A stretch of DNA of 64,000 bases from Nostoc sp. DedSLP01 (GTDB lineage: Bacteria > Cyanobacteriota > Cyanobacteriia > Cyanobacteriales > Nostocaceae): contig JAVRCJ020000005.1 in NCBI GenBank assembly GCA_034530875.2, positions 273,903 through 337,902 on the forward strand. The letters run 5' to 3'. Below, in pieces: positions 49,974-61,764 of the stretch (position 1 is its first letter; each line of letters begins with the position of its first letter). The translations under genes were made by a program, and so were the position numbers. The notes under the pieces were generated by a model. The model was given only the letters and a program-made list of their open reading frames with translations, did not search any database and was not told where the DNA came from.

Positions 49974-50912
49974 TCAACTTAATTTCAAAACATCACTCAT
50001 GGTTGCACAGTAATTTGATAACCCAAAACTGCTAGGATTAACTGCATTTTCATAAGTAAAATGTCGATAATTCATACAAAACCTATCCCAAGCAGCCATG
50101 CGAATACGGAACAAAACAATAATCAAATTTGCTAAAGCTATAGATACGGGAATACGAAAGTAAATCTTTTTGCCAAAATAAGCGCAAACTTGTTCCACTG
50201 CTTGATTAGCAGTTAATTTTGCTTGACCTAAAACAAACTGATGTGGTTCATCCTTTTGAGGAGAATGTTCTATTAAATATCGCACTACAGTTGCAATGTC
50301 TCGCCCGTGGATAAAATGAAAACTACCATCTGCATTCAAAAAGCGAATCAAATTAATATATTTGGTAACTTCTCTAATACCAGATGTGACAGCAGAATAG
50401 GGTTTATTAGCATCACCACCCAAAACTATAGTTGGAAAAACCGTGGTGATTTTGTGAGCTATTTCTAATTTTTCTTTTTGATGTAAGCACTCATATTTAG
50501 AACGGATATAATCTGTACCGATTTCTCCCGCTTCTTTTAATGGTTGATTGTGGTTATCCAAAACGCTAGCTGTGGAAAAATAAATTACCTGTTGGCATTT
50601 ATTTGGATCTAGCAGCTTCATCAACTCTATAGTTTTGTTAACATTAATATCAAATGTCTGGTCGCCACCCCAAGCTGTAGCTGTGAGTACTGCTGTATCA
50701 ATTGTTGATAATAAATCGGCAAATTGGCTAATGTTTTGCATATCACCTTGCAAAACATTTATTCCTGGACGTGCTTGAGTATCAATTTGTAGTTTAGTGG
50801 GGTTTCTAACTAGCAGAAACAATTCGTAATCTGTTTCTTGAATTAAGGCTTCTGTTAAATAATGACCTATACAACCACTTGCACCAGTTACAAAAATCCG
50901 TTTCTGGCTCAT
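49974..50912 (-). CDS. NAD-dependent epimerase/dehydratase family protein
   Basis: FVTGASGCIG, FSTAS, YIRSK. Confidence 0.88.
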   Translation of the reverse strand: MSQKRIFVTGASGCIGHYLTEALIQETDYELFLLVRNPTKLQIDTQARPGINVLQGDMQNISQFADLLSTIDTAVLTATAWGGDQTFDINVNKTIELMKLLDPNKCQQVIYFSTASVLDNHNQPLKEAGEIGTDYIRSKYECLHQKEKLEIAHKITTVFPTIVLGGDANKPYSAVTSGIREVTKYINLIRFLNADGSFHFIHGRDIATVVRYLIEHSPQKDEPHQFVLGQAKLTANQAVEQVCAYFGKKIYFRIPVSIALANLIIVLFRIRMAAWDRFCMNYRHFTYENAVNPSSFGLSNYCATMSDVLKLS

Positions 50913-51068
50913 AAATAATTTATAAAAAGTTAGGAGTTAAAAATCAAGATTTAATTATAAAGTTAAAAGTTCCGAATCAGCTTTGTAAATTTTGGATTTT
51001 AGATTTTAGATTTTGGATTTTTTCTACAATCCAAAATCCAAAATTCAAAATCCAAAATTGAATAGCTC

Positions 51069-52130
51069 CTAAGGCGTAACTGCTGCTAAATTCAGTTGCT
51101 TTGCAGTTTCAAAGAAGAAAGCGACATTTTCTTCTGGAGTTTCTGGTAAAACGCCGTGACCGAGATTGAGAATGTGACCCCAATTGCCGGCTTTGCGAAC
51201 GGTATCATAAATACGATCGCGGATAAATTCCTTAGAGCCAAATAACACGCCTGGGTCAAGGTTTCCTTGGACTTTGATTTGTTTGCCCAATCTTGCCCGT
51301 GCATCTGCCATATCCACTGCCCAGTCTACAGTAACGATATCTGCGCCAGATTTGCCCATTCTTTCCAACACGCCTGCACTACCGCTAACTAGCAAAATCA
51401 ACGGTGTATCGGGGTGGGTTTGCTTAACTTGCTGGAAAACTCTCTGCTGATAAGGCAAAGCAAAGGTGTCATAATCTTGGGGGCTTAATTGACCCGCCCA
51501 AGAATCGAACATTTGGACAACTTGAGCGCCAGAGTCAATTTGATAGCGGGCATAGATGGCGATCGCATCTGCTAATTTTGTTAACAATTGATGCAAAATC
51601 GTCGGGTCAGAAAATGCCATATTTTTGATGATGGAATAGGTTTTAGAACCTTTTCCTTCCACCGCGTAAGCAGCTAACGTCCACGGCGCACCCACAAAAC
51701 CCAATACCGTTGATTTATCGCCAACTTCAGAGCGTAGCGCCTGCAAAATTGTTTTGATAAAAGGTAGAGCTGCTTCTGGTTCTAGGGGACGCAGGTTCTC
51801 AATTTGCTCTTGAGTGCGGAGAGGCGAGTGAATGATTGGCCCTTTACCTTCGGCAATGTCCATATCAATGCCCAAACCAGGTAATGGGGTGACAATATCA
51901 GAAAATAAAATTACTCCATCTGGCTGGAAGGCTCTCCAAGGTTGCAAGGAAACTTCAATTGCGACTTCTGGAATTTCCGAGCGATCGCGAAACGAAGGAT
52001 ACTTTTCTCTTAAATCTCGATATGCTTTCATATATCGTCCCGCTTGTCGCATCATCCATACAGGGGGACGATCTACTACTTCACCACGAGCAGCACGTAA
52101 GAGATGAGGAGTTGTTAACGAAACGCCCAT
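51069..52130 (-). CDS. hemE: Uroporphyrinogen decarboxylase
   Basis: [44 protein letters not shown]. Confidence 0.97.
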   Translation of the reverse strand: MGVSLTTPHLLRAARGEVVDRPPVWMMRQAGRYMKAYRDLREKYPSFRDRSEIPEVAIEVSLQPWRAFQPDGVILFSDIVTPLPGLGIDMDIAEGKGPIIHSPLRTQEQIENLRPLEPEAALPFIKTILQALRSEVGDKSTVLGFVGAPWTLAAYAVEGKGSKTYSIIKNMAFSDPTILHQLLTKLADAIAIYARYQIDSGAQVVQMFDSWAGQLSPQDYDTFALPYQQRVFQQVKQTHPDTPLILLVSGSAGVLERMGKSGADIVTVDWAVDMADARARLGKQIKVQGNLDPGVLFGSKEFIRDRIYDTVRKAGNWGHILNLGHGVLPETPEENVAFFFETAKQLNLAAVTP

Positions 52131-52424
52131 TTATCACTTCATCCTAAGTCACTTTTTTATGCCATTGTTTAGCTTATCATTCTGAGATTGCGCTTTTTCA
52201 GAATAAAAGGGGAGTGGAGAATAGGGAGTGGGGAGTAGGGAAGATAAGGGGATTAGGGACTTATTTTTGTAAATAATTTACAAAATTTTATTGACGAAGT
52301 AGAGAGTAGGGCATGGGAGAGATAAGGGGATTAGGGACTGAGACTCAGAAATAGGATAAAACAAGAATCGATATTGAATTGGGCAAGCAGGGTATGGGCT
52401 AAACAGGGCATTGGTTATCTTCCC

Positions 52425-52460
52425 GAAGTTCCGATCGGAGGAAACCTCCGCTCAGACTTC
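52425..52460. repeat. Small dispersed repeat (hairpin CGGAGGAAACCTCCG) within STRR arrays
   Basis: GAAGTTCCGATCGGAGGAAACCTCCGCTCAGACTTC nested stem. Confidence 0.55.
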
Positions 52461-52522
52461 TCTCCTTGTCTCCCTCATCTCTCCTACTCCCCACTCCCTA
52501 CTCCCCACTCCCCTAATTTCTT

Positions 52523-53251
52523 ATGCAAACTGACTCCAACAGTCCCGATGGCATTACATCTGTTAATAACGAGCTTAACCCAGGAAAATTTTTGATTCCG
52601 CGATCGCAGCGACAGAAATTCTTTTTTCAGTTTACTTTAATGACTCTAATCGGATGGGTTGTGGGTGGCGTTGCTAGTATCGCGCTAGAGAAACTGATTC
52701 TCCAAAATTTATCGCTAGAGCCGCAAACCTGGAGCATTGTGGTTAGATGCTTGAGTAACGTTGTGTTTGCGCTGATTTTTGCCGCCGACCAAGCCATTGT
52801 TATTTACCGATATTTACCTGGTTGGCAATGGATATTTGCTACTAGTGTTGGTTGGTTAATTGCTAACGGTGTTTCTACAGCTTGGATTAACTATATTTCA
52901 TCTTTTGCCTCATCGTTCAATGAAACTTTATCGCCAGAACAGATTTTTATTTTGGGGTTTCTATCTGCGATCGCCTATATTATTTCTGGCATTTGGCTAG
53001 GCATTTGCCAATGGCTGGTATTAAGAAAATATACAGCAAGTGCTTGGTGGTGGAATTTTTTACCTTCTATTTCTTTCTTCTTAATTACTATTTTGGTTTG
53101 GTTACTTTTTCTTATCCAAAATCTCATTCCCGAAGCAAATCGTAATTTTATATTGTATTGGAGTGGACAAGCATTTACAGCAATCATTCTCGGAGCGATA
53201 CCAGCAATTGGCTTGTGTACTTTGAAAAGAAATTTACCCCGCCAAAGTTAA
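52523..53251 (+). CDS. Hypothetical integral membrane protein
   Basis: About 6 hydrophobic segments with repeated Q...L..Y....W.W motifs. Confidence 0.8.
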   Translation: MQTDSNSPDGITSVNNELNPGKFLIPRSQRQKFFFQFTLMTLIGWVVGGVASIALEKLILQNLSLEPQTWSIVVRCLSNVVFALIFAADQAIVIYRYLPGWQWIFATSVGWLIANGVSTAWINYISSFASSFNETLSPEQIFILGFLSAIAYIISGIWLGICQWLVLRKYTASAWWWNFLPSISFFLITILVWLLFLIQNLIPEANRNFILYWSGQAFTAIILGAIPAIGLCTLKRNLPRQS

Positions 53252-53412
53252 ATTCCTCGATAAGGTTTTTGTCAGAATTGAGAATGAGCTAGCTAAGTAC
53301 AACATTTGATTAATTCCTAGCGATTTCTCCGCGTTCCTTTGCGTTTACCCCTGCGCCCCTTTGCGTTTAGATTTCAACCCTCAATTCACCACGTGTTATG
53401 GTGTGATATTTC

Positions 53413-54312
53413 TCAATCATCGATCGCCAATATCCCTGCATCCCCATCCAAAGTTGCTTGTACGCCCACAGGTAAGGCTGCGTTAGGGCTATTGTGACCA
53501 AAGGGCAAATCAGAGACTACAGGAATCCCCAAATCAGCAAAGCGATCGCGCAATACTTCTTCAACACTAAAGCTAGGCACGTTTGGCGGCGCTTCACACC
53601 GAGTAAAACCGCCTAAAGCTATGCCACGAACCTTTGCTAATACACCACTTAAACGCCACTGTGTAAGCATTCTATCGATGCGATAGGGCGCTTCTGTGAC
53701 ATCCTCCAGTGCTAAAATCGCGCCATTGAAATTTGGTTGAATTGGCGTACTTAAAAGATGAGTTGCAACTGTCAAGTTTCCTGGTAGCAAAACGCCACTT
53801 GCAATTCCACCACCCCAGCCAAAACCTTTAATAGCAGCAACAGAACGACCTTCCACCAAATCAAACAATCGCTCGATTGACCAATCTGGCTCATCAACAA
53901 GGGTTGTCAGCACGGGGCCGTGAACGCCGGAAATGCCTGCGTTATAAAGGCTCCATAACAGCGCAGTGATGTCAGAAAAGCCAATCAACCACTTGGGAGG
54001 TTCTGAATTATTTTGCCAATGCCAATTTTCTAAAATGCGGGTGCTACCGAAACCACCTCTGGCGCAGAGAATACCGCGACAATCTGGATCTTGCCATGCT
54101 GTTGCAAGCTGGTTGCTTCGGTTTTCATCGTTACCCGCTAAATATCCCCATTTGTCATTTATCTTGGGGCATATTTGAATTTTGTAGCCACGCGATCGCC
54201 AAATTTCTATACTTCGCTCAAACGCCTCAAATTCTCGTAAAGCACCACTAGGAGCAATGACTCGTAGTAAGTCACCAGGCTTGAGGGGTGGTGGCAGGAT
54301 TGTAGATTTCAT
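53413..54312 (-). CDS. ldcA: LD-carboxypeptidase (peptidase S66)
   Basis: IAPSG, YLAG.D..R, ARGGFG, GFSDIT (Ser), GNL, LEDV.E, FGH. Confidence 0.92.
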   Translation of the reverse strand: MKSTILPPPLKPGDLLRVIAPSGALREFEAFERSIEIWRSRGYKIQICPKINDKWGYLAGNDENRSNQLATAWQDPDCRGILCARGGFGSTRILENWHWQNNSEPPKWLIGFSDITALLWSLYNAGISGVHGPVLTTLVDEPDWSIERLFDLVEGRSVAAIKGFGWGGGIASGVLLPGNLTVATHLLSTPIQPNFNGAILALEDVTEAPYRIDRMLTQWRLSGVLAKVRGIALGGFTRCEAPPNVPSFSVEEVLRDRFADLGIPVVSDLPFGHNSPNAALPVGVQATLDGDAGILAIDD

Positions 54313-55616
54313 CTAGGTTGTAAAGAATCCCAAATTGAATCGAGGTTTGCTTGGGCTTTTGCGAGTGCTGTTTCTGGAGATGCACCTAGCACAGTCGCTT
54401 CAATTGCTCTACCAAGAGCATCAGACAAACGACTATAACCAGGAATAATAGGTCTATTACCTGATATAGGCATCAAGTCAAGAAAAGTTTTCATTACAGG
54501 TTTTTGCTTCAGATATTCTTGATAAGCTTGACTTTGGGCTGATTTAATATTTGTTGGTAAAAAACCCGATTTAATACTCCATTCTGTTTGGAATTCTTCA
54601 CTCATCACGTACTCAAAAAATTTAAGTGCAGCTTGTTCTTTTTCGGATGTAGTTTTCATCAAAAACAAATTTCCACTACCTTTAACTGAGGCTTGCTGGA
54701 CATTTGCAGGTATGGGAAATACTTTATAATCAACATCAGACTTCATGATATAAGTCCAAGGCCCTGTAATTTGCATCGCCACACGACCTGAAATAAAAGC
54801 ATCTTCCTCATAACCTCGTTCTGGCGGAGAAAGAGTTGCCGAACCATCTTTTAATAGGGTTTGCCAAAATTTTAAGGCAGCGATCGCTCCCGGATTCGTC
54901 AAATTTGGGCGATTATTGGTGACAATCTCTCCTTTAGCACTTAACAAAAACGGAAACCAACTAAAAACAGTCCATTCCGCCTTACCTAAAGGCAATAACA
55001 TGCCATACTGTTCCGGTCGATTGTCACCATTGCGGTCTATAGTTAATTTTTTGGCAACTTCCCTCAATTCATCCCAAGTCTTAGGTGTTTCTTTAATTCC
55101 TGCGGCTTCAAAAAGTTTAGGACGGTAAAAAATGCCCATGTTAGCAGTAGTCAGAGGAACTGACCAAATGTGGCCGTTAAATTCCAATTCCTCAAATAAA
55201 CTAGGAAAAATTTCCGACTTTTGTGGCAATTTTGCTAGCCAATCATCCACAGGGCGAATTGCATCTAATTCTACAAACTGACCTGTAATTTGAGGATAGA
55301 AAGACAAGATATCTGGAGGCGAATTGCCAACAACTGCTGTTAAGATTTTCGGTAATAATTGGTCTATTTGACCTGCATATATAGAATCTACATAAATATC
55401 AGGATGAGTCTGATTAAATTTATCTACTAGATTTTGAAAAGCACCCCGATTAGCAGGTGGATTAATGCTTTGCCATAGTGTCAGATGAATTACACCATCA
55501 TTTTTTGGTATTGTACTTTGACAACCAAATAAAAATAATAGACAGACACTCAGAACAATTCCGAAGAATGAACTTTGCCACTTATAACCAGTACACCAAT
55601 GAAATATATTTTTCAT
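54309..55616 (-). CDS. Sugar-type ABC transporter substrate-binding lipoprotein
   Basis: Lipobox LFGC, FNQTHPDI.V, PPDI, FYR..LF..AG, PKTWDEL, F.SG.VAM...GPW. Confidence 0.9.
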   Translation of the reverse strand: MKNIFHWCTGYKWQSSFFGIVLSVCLLFLFGCQSTIPKNDGVIHLTLWQSINPPANRGAFQNLVDKFNQTHPDIYVDSIYAGQIDQLLPKILTAVVGNSPPDILSFYPQITGQFVELDAIRPVDDWLAKLPQKSEIFPSLFEELEFNGHIWSVPLTTANMGIFYRPKLFEAAGIKETPKTWDELREVAKKLTIDRNGDNRPEQYGMLLPLGKAEWTVFSWFPFLLSAKGEIVTNNRPNLTNPGAIAALKFWQTLLKDGSATLSPPERGYEEDAFISGRVAMQITGPWTYIMKSDVDYKVFPIPANVQQASVKGSGNLFLMKTTSEKEQAALKFFEYVMSEEFQTEWSIKSGFLPTNIKSAQSQAYQEYLKQKPVMKTFLDLMPISGNRPIIPGYSRLSDALGRAIEATVLGASPETALAKAQANLDSIWDSLQPR

Positions 55617-55635
55617 ACTAAGTATTTAGCCAAAT

Positions 55636-56289
55636 TTAAGATATTTTATCTATAAAAATCTTAGTAGTGCTAGTATCCGACCTAGTATAAATATATGTTT
55701 CTGGTTCTTTGATTCTTTGAGTTTTAAATATTTTTTCAGCCCTAGACCACAATTCTGCATCTTCTCCATAATGAACATTATTAAATCCCTTCACTTCCCA
55801 GAATACTTTTCTTTTGCCGAAAAATGTTCCGCCTACAACACATTCTCGAATGCTAATTTTTTCCCCTGGTTTAAAAAAGTCGGCAACGAAGAACTCTTCT
55901 TCGATTTCCCATCCGCCTTCAATTAAATCAATTTCGGGATTAGCTTTCATATATTCAAAGCGCGACTCTAGATGATTATTTTTGTATGTGTCATCGCTAT
56001 CTATGAATGTGATGTAGTTCCCGAATGAAGCTTGGATACCTGCATTCCTTGCAAAAGCAGCTTTTCGATTTTGATGTTTTAGATAACGAATATTTTCGTA
56101 TTGTTGTAAATAAGAATTAACAACTGTAAAAGTCTCATCTTGACTTCCATCATCAACTATGAGTAGTTCCCAATTCTTAAAGGTTTGCTCTAGAACACTA
56201 TTAATACAATCGTTTAAATACTTTTCTCGGTTATAAGTAGATAAAATAATCGAAATTTCTGGATGAGGGTAAAAATTTATACTAAGCAT
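55636..56289 (-). CDS. Glycosyltransferase family 2
   Basis: SIILSTYNR, IVDDGSQD, ARNAG, FIDSDD, GED. Confidence 0.9.
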   Translation of the reverse strand: MLSINFYPHPEISIILSTYNREKYLNDCINSVLEQTFKNWELLIVDDGSQDETFTVVNSYLQQYENIRYLKHQNRKAAFARNAGIQASFGNYITFIDSDDTYKNNHLESRFEYMKANPEIDLIEGGWEIEEEFFVADFFKPGEKISIRECVVGGTFFGKRKVFWEVKGFNNVHYGEDAELWSRAEKIFKTQRIKEPETYIYTRSDTSTTKIFIDKIS

Positions 56290-56364
56290 TATGAGAAATA
56301 ACTTGACAAGAATTATTTTGAAGTCAGTATAACTTGTAAGTAGTTTATCTAAAAGTCAAAACTG

Positions 56365-56742
56365 ATGTTTGACCATCTATCCTTCGGGGTGAGTAGTTTA
56401 GAACGCAGTCTAGCTTTCTATGATGCGGTGCTTGCGCCTTTAGGTATCAAGCGGCTGTTTAATTTGACTGATATTGCTGGTTATGGTGCTGACAGTTTTC
56501 CCAGATTTTGGCTTGTGAGTCGCCAAAAGTTTACGCATGAGGTATCAAGGGGCTTCCATCTGGCATTTGTGGCTAATAATCGTGCTGCTGTCGATGCTTT
56601 TTACGAACAAGCGATCGCTTTAGGAGCTAAAGACGATGGTAAACCAGGATTACGTCTAAATTATCATCCCAATTATTATGCCGCTTTTGCGATCGACCCT
56701 GATGGGTATCGCATAGAGGCAGTTTGTCATGAACCGACATAA
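56365..56742 (+). CDS. VOC/glyoxalase family protein
   Basis: MFDHLSFGV, FYDAVL, HLAF, YYAAF..DPDG..IEAV. Confidence 0.92.
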   Translation: MFDHLSFGVSSLERSLAFYDAVLAPLGIKRLFNLTDIAGYGADSFPRFWLVSRQKFTHEVSRGFHLAFVANNRAAVDAFYEQAIALGAKDDGKPGLRLNYHPNYYAAFAIDPDGYRIEAVCHEPT

Positions 56743-56788
56743 TTGGGCATTGGGCATTAATCTCCGCGTCCCCGCGTCTCCCCATCTC

Positions 56789-59419
56789 TTACTGTGGCAA
56801 ACCCTCAACTCGCATCAAATCTAATTCGCGTTCAAATATTTCATCAATAGGCAACATTTGACCGTCAACAGTCATAAATTTATGGTCTTTTGTTGCCCGA
56901 ATCACCGAACCGTCTTCTAAAGAATACTCAAAAACTTCTTGCTGTCCGCGATTATGCCACTGGGCAATAGGTTGACTATAAATATTTCCATTACTATCAA
57001 CGCTGTAGACACTACATTCAATTTCTTTTTCTACAATCTCACCAATCGGCAAAAACCCATATTCTACCGTTAAAATTTGCGTATCATAACTTAAACAATA
57101 TTCAGCAAACTTCAACATTTGCTCGAATAATTCATCAGCAACTTGTTTTTTTACACCATTTTTTGCCGCACCATCAACGAATTTTTCTCGCTGCTTTTGC
57201 ATCTCAGAAACTTTCTTTTTCCCCATCGCCCGACGCAGTAAGTCAGCTTGACCTAAGGAATATCCAGCCATATCTTGAGCAATTTTCATGATTTGCTCTT
57301 GATAGACCATGATTCCATAAGTTTCGTCTAATATTGGTTCTAAAATATTGTGTTCGTAATCAATCTTTTCTCGGCCGTGTTTGCGGTTAATAAATTTAGG
57401 AATCAGTCCCGCATCTAATGGCCCCGGCCGATAAAGTGCCAAAATTGAAGAAATATCTTCTATATTAGAAGGCTTCAAATCTCGGACTATTTGACGCATT
57501 CCAGAAGATTCTAATTGAAATATTCCTTCTAATTCACCTGCTTCTAATAATTCGTAAGTCTTTTGTACATCTTTTGGTAGGTTGCTATGTTCGCCTTTAG
57601 CTAATATCTTTTGTGCTTTTCTTTCTTGTTGAGTAATTTCATCTGGATCGACGCGATATCCTTTGGTTTCTTCAATTAGATCGAGGGTTTTTTGAATCAG
57701 GGTCAGGTTACGCAAACCCAGAAAGTCCATTTTCAGCAAACCCATTGATTCTAGGTCTTCCATGAAATATTGAGTAATCACGGAACCGTCATTATTCTTT
57801 TGTAGCGGTACAATTTCATCCAGTGGTTCGTCTGAAATCACCACACCTGCTGCATGAACTCCAAAGGTTTTGTTAGTTCCTTCAATTCGCATCGCCATAT
57901 CAATCCAATGACGAACATGCGGTTCTCGATCGTATTTTTCTTTAAACTCTGGTTCTGGAGTTGCATCGGAAATCATCACCTTGAGTTTAGTAGGTTTCCC
58001 CCGCACCACAGGAATTAATTTCGCCATTTTGTCGGCTTCACCATAAGGAATATTTAATACCCTGGCGACATCTTTCAAAACGGCTTTAGAAGTTAAGCGG
58101 TTAAAGGTAATAATTTGAGCAACTCTATCTGCACCATATTTCTCAGTTACGTAATCAATAACTTTATCGCGTTGTTCAATACAGAAATCCGTATCAATAT
58201 CAGGCATGGATTTCCGTTCTGGATTCAAAAATCGCTCAAATAATAGCCCATGATGTACGGGGTCAATATTCGTGATTCGCATCGCATAAGCAACTAACGA
58301 ACCAGCGGCCGAACCGCGCCCAGGACCAACAGGAATATTATTATCTCTGGCAAATTTAATATAGTCCCATACAACTAAAAAGTATTTAGAAAAACCCATT
58401 TGCTGAATCATTTTCAGTTCGTATTCCAATCTTTCTTTGTAGACGGAATCTACTTCATTTCGGGATTTCCGATTTAATCTTTCTAAAAGTCCTTTCCACG
58501 CAACTTCTTCAGCGTAAGTATCAGCAGTATGACCGGAAGGAATTGGTGGAGTAGGAATTTGAGGCTCACCCATAATATGGTAAGGCTCGACTTTATCAGC
58601 GACTTCTTCAGTGGTGGCTACAGCTTCTGCAATGACATCATCTGGTAAATGGTCGCGGAATAGCAGCTTCATCTCTTCGGCAGATTTGAGATATTCTGTA
58701 CCGCTATAACGCATCCGATTATCTTCAATAATTAGCTTGCCAGTTTGAATACATAGCAAAGCGTCGTGGGCTTCAACGTCAAAACAAGAAATAAAATGCG
58801 AATCATTAGTAGCAACAAATTTAATTCCTAGTTCTCGCGCAATTTTGACTATTTCAACATTTACAATTCGGTCTTCTTGGGAACCGTGGTCTTGAATTTC
58901 TAAATAATAATCATCGCCAAATACATCTTTATACCACTGAGCAACTTTCCGGGCTGCATCTGGTCTGCCACTGAGAATTGCTTGAGGAATTTCTCCACCC
59001 AAACAAGCACTAGTAACAATCAACCCTTCATGATATTGTTTGAGTAAATCTTTATTAATACAAGGACGAGAAAAAATTCCTTTGCCTTGAACGCCTTTGA
59101 GGTTAGAAATACTAGTTAATTTGACTAAATTTTTGTAACCTTTTGTATTTTTAGCTAAAACAACTTGATGATATCTCGGACGGCGTTCTTGTTTTTCAAT
59201 ATCGCCGTTAATGATATACATTTCGTTACCGATAATCGGCTTAATATTTTGACTGCGGCAAATTTTAATTAATTCAACCGCGCCATACATAACACCATGA
59301 TCGGTAAGGGCGATCGCTTTCATTCCCAATGCGATCGCTCTTTCCACTAACTCTGGTAGCTGACTTGCTCCATCGAGCAAACTGTAGTCACTGTGAATAT
59401 GCAAAGGCACAAAAGACAT
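56789..59419 (-). CDS. dnaE-N: DNA polymerase III alpha subunit, N-terminal half, fused to the N-part of a split intein
   Basis: PHP domain ([16 protein letters not shown]), [22 protein letters not shown]. Ends [11 protein letters not shown]...ELDL. Confidence 0.97.
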   Translation of the reverse strand: MSFVPLHIHSDYSLLDGASQLPELVERAIALGMKAIALTDHGVMYGAVELIKICRSQNIKPIIGNEMYIINGDIEKQERRPRYHQVVLAKNTKGYKNLVKLTSISNLKGVQGKGIFSRPCINKDLLKQYHEGLIVTSACLGGEIPQAILSGRPDAARKVAQWYKDVFGDDYYLEIQDHGSQEDRIVNVEIVKIARELGIKFVATNDSHFISCFDVEAHDALLCIQTGKLIIEDNRMRYSGTEYLKSAEEMKLLFRDHLPDDVIAEAVATTEEVADKVEPYHIMGEPQIPTPPIPSGHTADTYAEEVAWKGLLERLNRKSRNEVDSVYKERLEYELKMIQQMGFSKYFLVVWDYIKFARDNNIPVGPGRGSAAGSLVAYAMRITNIDPVHHGLLFERFLNPERKSMPDIDTDFCIEQRDKVIDYVTEKYGADRVAQIITFNRLTSKAVLKDVARVLNIPYGEADKMAKLIPVVRGKPTKLKVMISDATPEPEFKEKYDREPHVRHWIDMAMRIEGTNKTFGVHAAGVVISDEPLDEIVPLQKNNDGSVITQYFMEDLESMGLLKMDFLGLRNLTLIQKTLDLIEETKGYRVDPDEITQQERKAQKILAKGEHSNLPKDVQKTYELLEAGELEGIFQLESSGMRQIVRDLKPSNIEDISSILALYRPGPLDAGLIPKFINRKHGREKIDYEHNILEPILDETYGIMVYQEQIMKIAQDMAGYSLGQADLLRRAMGKKKVSEMQKQREKFVDGAAKNGVKKQVADELFEQMLKFAEYCLSYDTQILTVEYGFLPIGEIVEKEIECSVYSVDSNGNIYSQPIAQWHNRGQQEVFEYSLEDGSVIRATKDHKFMTVDGQMLPIDEIFERELDLMRVEGLPQ
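56792..57097 (-). other. DnaE split intein N-fragment (102 aa)
   Basis: [14 protein letters not shown]...[29 protein letters not shown] (block A Cys1, block B TxxH). No C-terminal intein motif. Confidence 0.95.
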
Positions 59420-59602
59420 AAGCATCTCCAAGCACAAGCCAAAAATATCTCTTAGGGTTTACCCTATATAAGCCGGATTTTGCAAAGCAACGGAATCTTA
59501 GATTAGCAGTTTTTAACCAAAAATAAAGCTCCCGTTTTTCCGGATTCCTCACTACTACAAGTGTTGTTTTAATAGTTACAGCAGTTCATCCGCATCTAAC
59601 CA

Positions 59603-60895
59603 ATGAGTCATCCAGATAGCACTACTGTGCCTGAAACCAAAGCTAGACCTTGGTGGCAGCGCATTCCTCTAACTTTACAAATCATTATCGCCCTAGTAGC
59701 CGCCCTTAGCGTCGGAATTGCCCTTGGTGCGGGAAATCCCAGCCCCAGTAATGCCACCCTCATAAACAATTTAGCAATTCCGGCCGAGTTGGTGCTCAAG
59801 GCTCTCCGTGCTTTAGCTACGCCCCTAATTTTGGTAGCGGTGCTGCATACTTTGATGACTACAAACATTCCTGGTACAGCCGGACGCCGACTGGCAATTC
59901 TACTTTTAACCAACACTACCGTAGCTATTTTAGTCGGACTTTTTGTCGCAAACGTCCTCCGTCCTGGAACCTGGGGTAATGTCGTCACCTCAACAACTAC
60001 ACAAATAACAAATCAAAGTCTCGACCCTTGGGGACTAATTAAAGATGCCGTACCGGAAGCAGTCCTCAAACCGTTGGTTGATAATAATGTCATTCAATTG
60101 ATTGTGGTTGCCCTAAGTTTTGGCATTGTCCTGCGGGGATTAAAATCCGAACAAATTGCCCAAGCGAAAAACGGATACCAGCCTATTGAAGATGTCATCG
60201 GCATTTTATTTCAAGCAGTAGTCCGCATCCTCGATTGGGTAATTGCCTTAGTCCCCTTGGCAGTCTTTGGGATTGTGGCTAAAACTGTTGCTAAAGAAGG
60301 CTTTGCCCCTTTTCAATCTTTGGGTGCATTCATTATTGCAGTGCTGGTAGCATTAGTGTTACAAGCTTGCTACTACCTCACCAGAGTAAAATTCGGTTCT
60401 TGGGTACAGCCTTTAAAATTTCTAGCTGGCGGTTCTGATGCCTTTTTGACGGCTTTCTCGACTTCTTCCTCTGCGGCAACAATGCCCGTAACATTTGAAG
60501 TTTTGCAAACAAAAATCGGTTTAAGAGAATCTTCTGCTGCCTTGGGAGCATTAGTAGGAGCAAATTTTAACAATGATGGTACTGCTCTTTATGAAGCAAT
60601 GTCTGCGTTGTATATTTCCCAATTAATTGGGCAACATTTGAGTTTGGGACAACAGTTAATTGTCATCCTCACCTCAATTTTTGCATCTGTGGGTGCAGCA
60701 AATATTCCTAATGCTGGACTAGTAACAATGACGCTAGTATTTACTTCTGTAGGTTTACCTACCCAATACATAGCTTTGCTAGTGACTGTAGACTGGTTTT
60801 TAGATCGCTGTCGCACTGCTATTAACGTTATGGGAGATATGACTGTTAGTACTTTATTGGACGGCAAAAAGCCTCGTGCTGTAGACGAGGCTTAA
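59603..60895 (+). CDS. Dicarboxylate/amino acid:cation symporter (DAACS)
   Basis: AFSTSSSAATMP, GANFNNDGTALY, ASVGAA.IP, DWFLDRCRTAINV.GD. Confidence 0.94.
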   Translation: MSHPDSTTVPETKARPWWQRIPLTLQIIIALVAALSVGIALGAGNPSPSNATLINNLAIPAELVLKALRALATPLILVAVLHTLMTTNIPGTAGRRLAILLLTNTTVAILVGLFVANVLRPGTWGNVVTSTTTQITNQSLDPWGLIKDAVPEAVLKPLVDNNVIQLIVVALSFGIVLRGLKSEQIAQAKNGYQPIEDVIGILFQAVVRILDWVIALVPLAVFGIVAKTVAKEGFAPFQSLGAFIIAVLVALVLQACYYLTRVKFGSWVQPLKFLAGGSDAFLTAFSTSSSAATMPVTFEVLQTKIGLRESSAALGALVGANFNNDGTALYEAMSALYISQLIGQHLSLGQQLIVILTSIFASVGAANIPNAGLVTMTLVFTSVGLPTQYIALLVTVDWFLDRCRTAINVMGDMTVSTLLDGKKPRAVDEA

Positions 60896-61605
60896 AGTCA
60901 AAAGTTAATAGTAATGATTAGTTGAGTGCAGCTGTTTTTAATGTTGCTAAGGGACTTCGAGAAAATAAATTATCTAATTTACTTAGATTGTATTTTTCTG
61001 TCTCTCCCCTGCTCCTGCCATCAAAGGATGGGATATTTTTTAAATTGCAAGTTCCTAATGCTGTTGAGGCCCTTTAGCGTCACATTCTTTACTCCAGCAG
61101 CGTTCTAGCATTTGCAGACGCCAAATCAATGCAAAATGATGCGGATTCAATACTAATTTTGTATCGCGACTAAATAAGGGCTGGTTCAGATATTGCCAAA
61201 CAGGAAATTTAATTTTGATGTCTTTTGGATTCATAAGAAGGACAAATATAAAAAAGTTTAGTGGGAATAGTTGACCTTTTGTCTAGGAACTGCGTGATAC
61301 TGTGTTTTCTAGTTAAAGGCTACACTGGCTTTCTACAATTGTCTTGGTGGCAATTGCGGAAATTCCACAGGTGAATTATGTTGTCTACGCTTTAATACTG
61401 AAATTAGATTTGAGTTTTAACTTCGAGCTGGAAAAACTCTTCTGCTGAAGCTATCCACGACGCAAAGTTTTCTTAAAATTTTCAAGGATGAGAACTCATA
61501 CTTGAGGTAAGATTTACAGCTTTGTTTATCAAATTATTAAGTAATTTAATAGAATTAATCATGACGCAAAGTTTTTGATAGTAAATATACTTAAGCTAAA
61601 GATGA

Positions 61606-61661
61606 TGTCCGGCGAGGAGCTAAAGTTCCTTGCTAATAGCAAAAGTCATCATCAGACGGCT
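61606..61661. repeat. Degenerate REP-like palindromic element
   Basis: GCGAGGAGCTAAAGTTCCTTGC hairpin followed by TAATAGCAAAAGTC and a second imperfect palindrome. Confidence 0.35.
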
Positions 61662-61764
61662 TGCATATCGCCAGAAATCTTTACTCTAGTGAAGTAGATT
61701 AGCCTAGTAATTTATTATTAAGCGTTTGTTGTGGCTCAATTTTTGCGTTTAGCAAAGGTATTGC

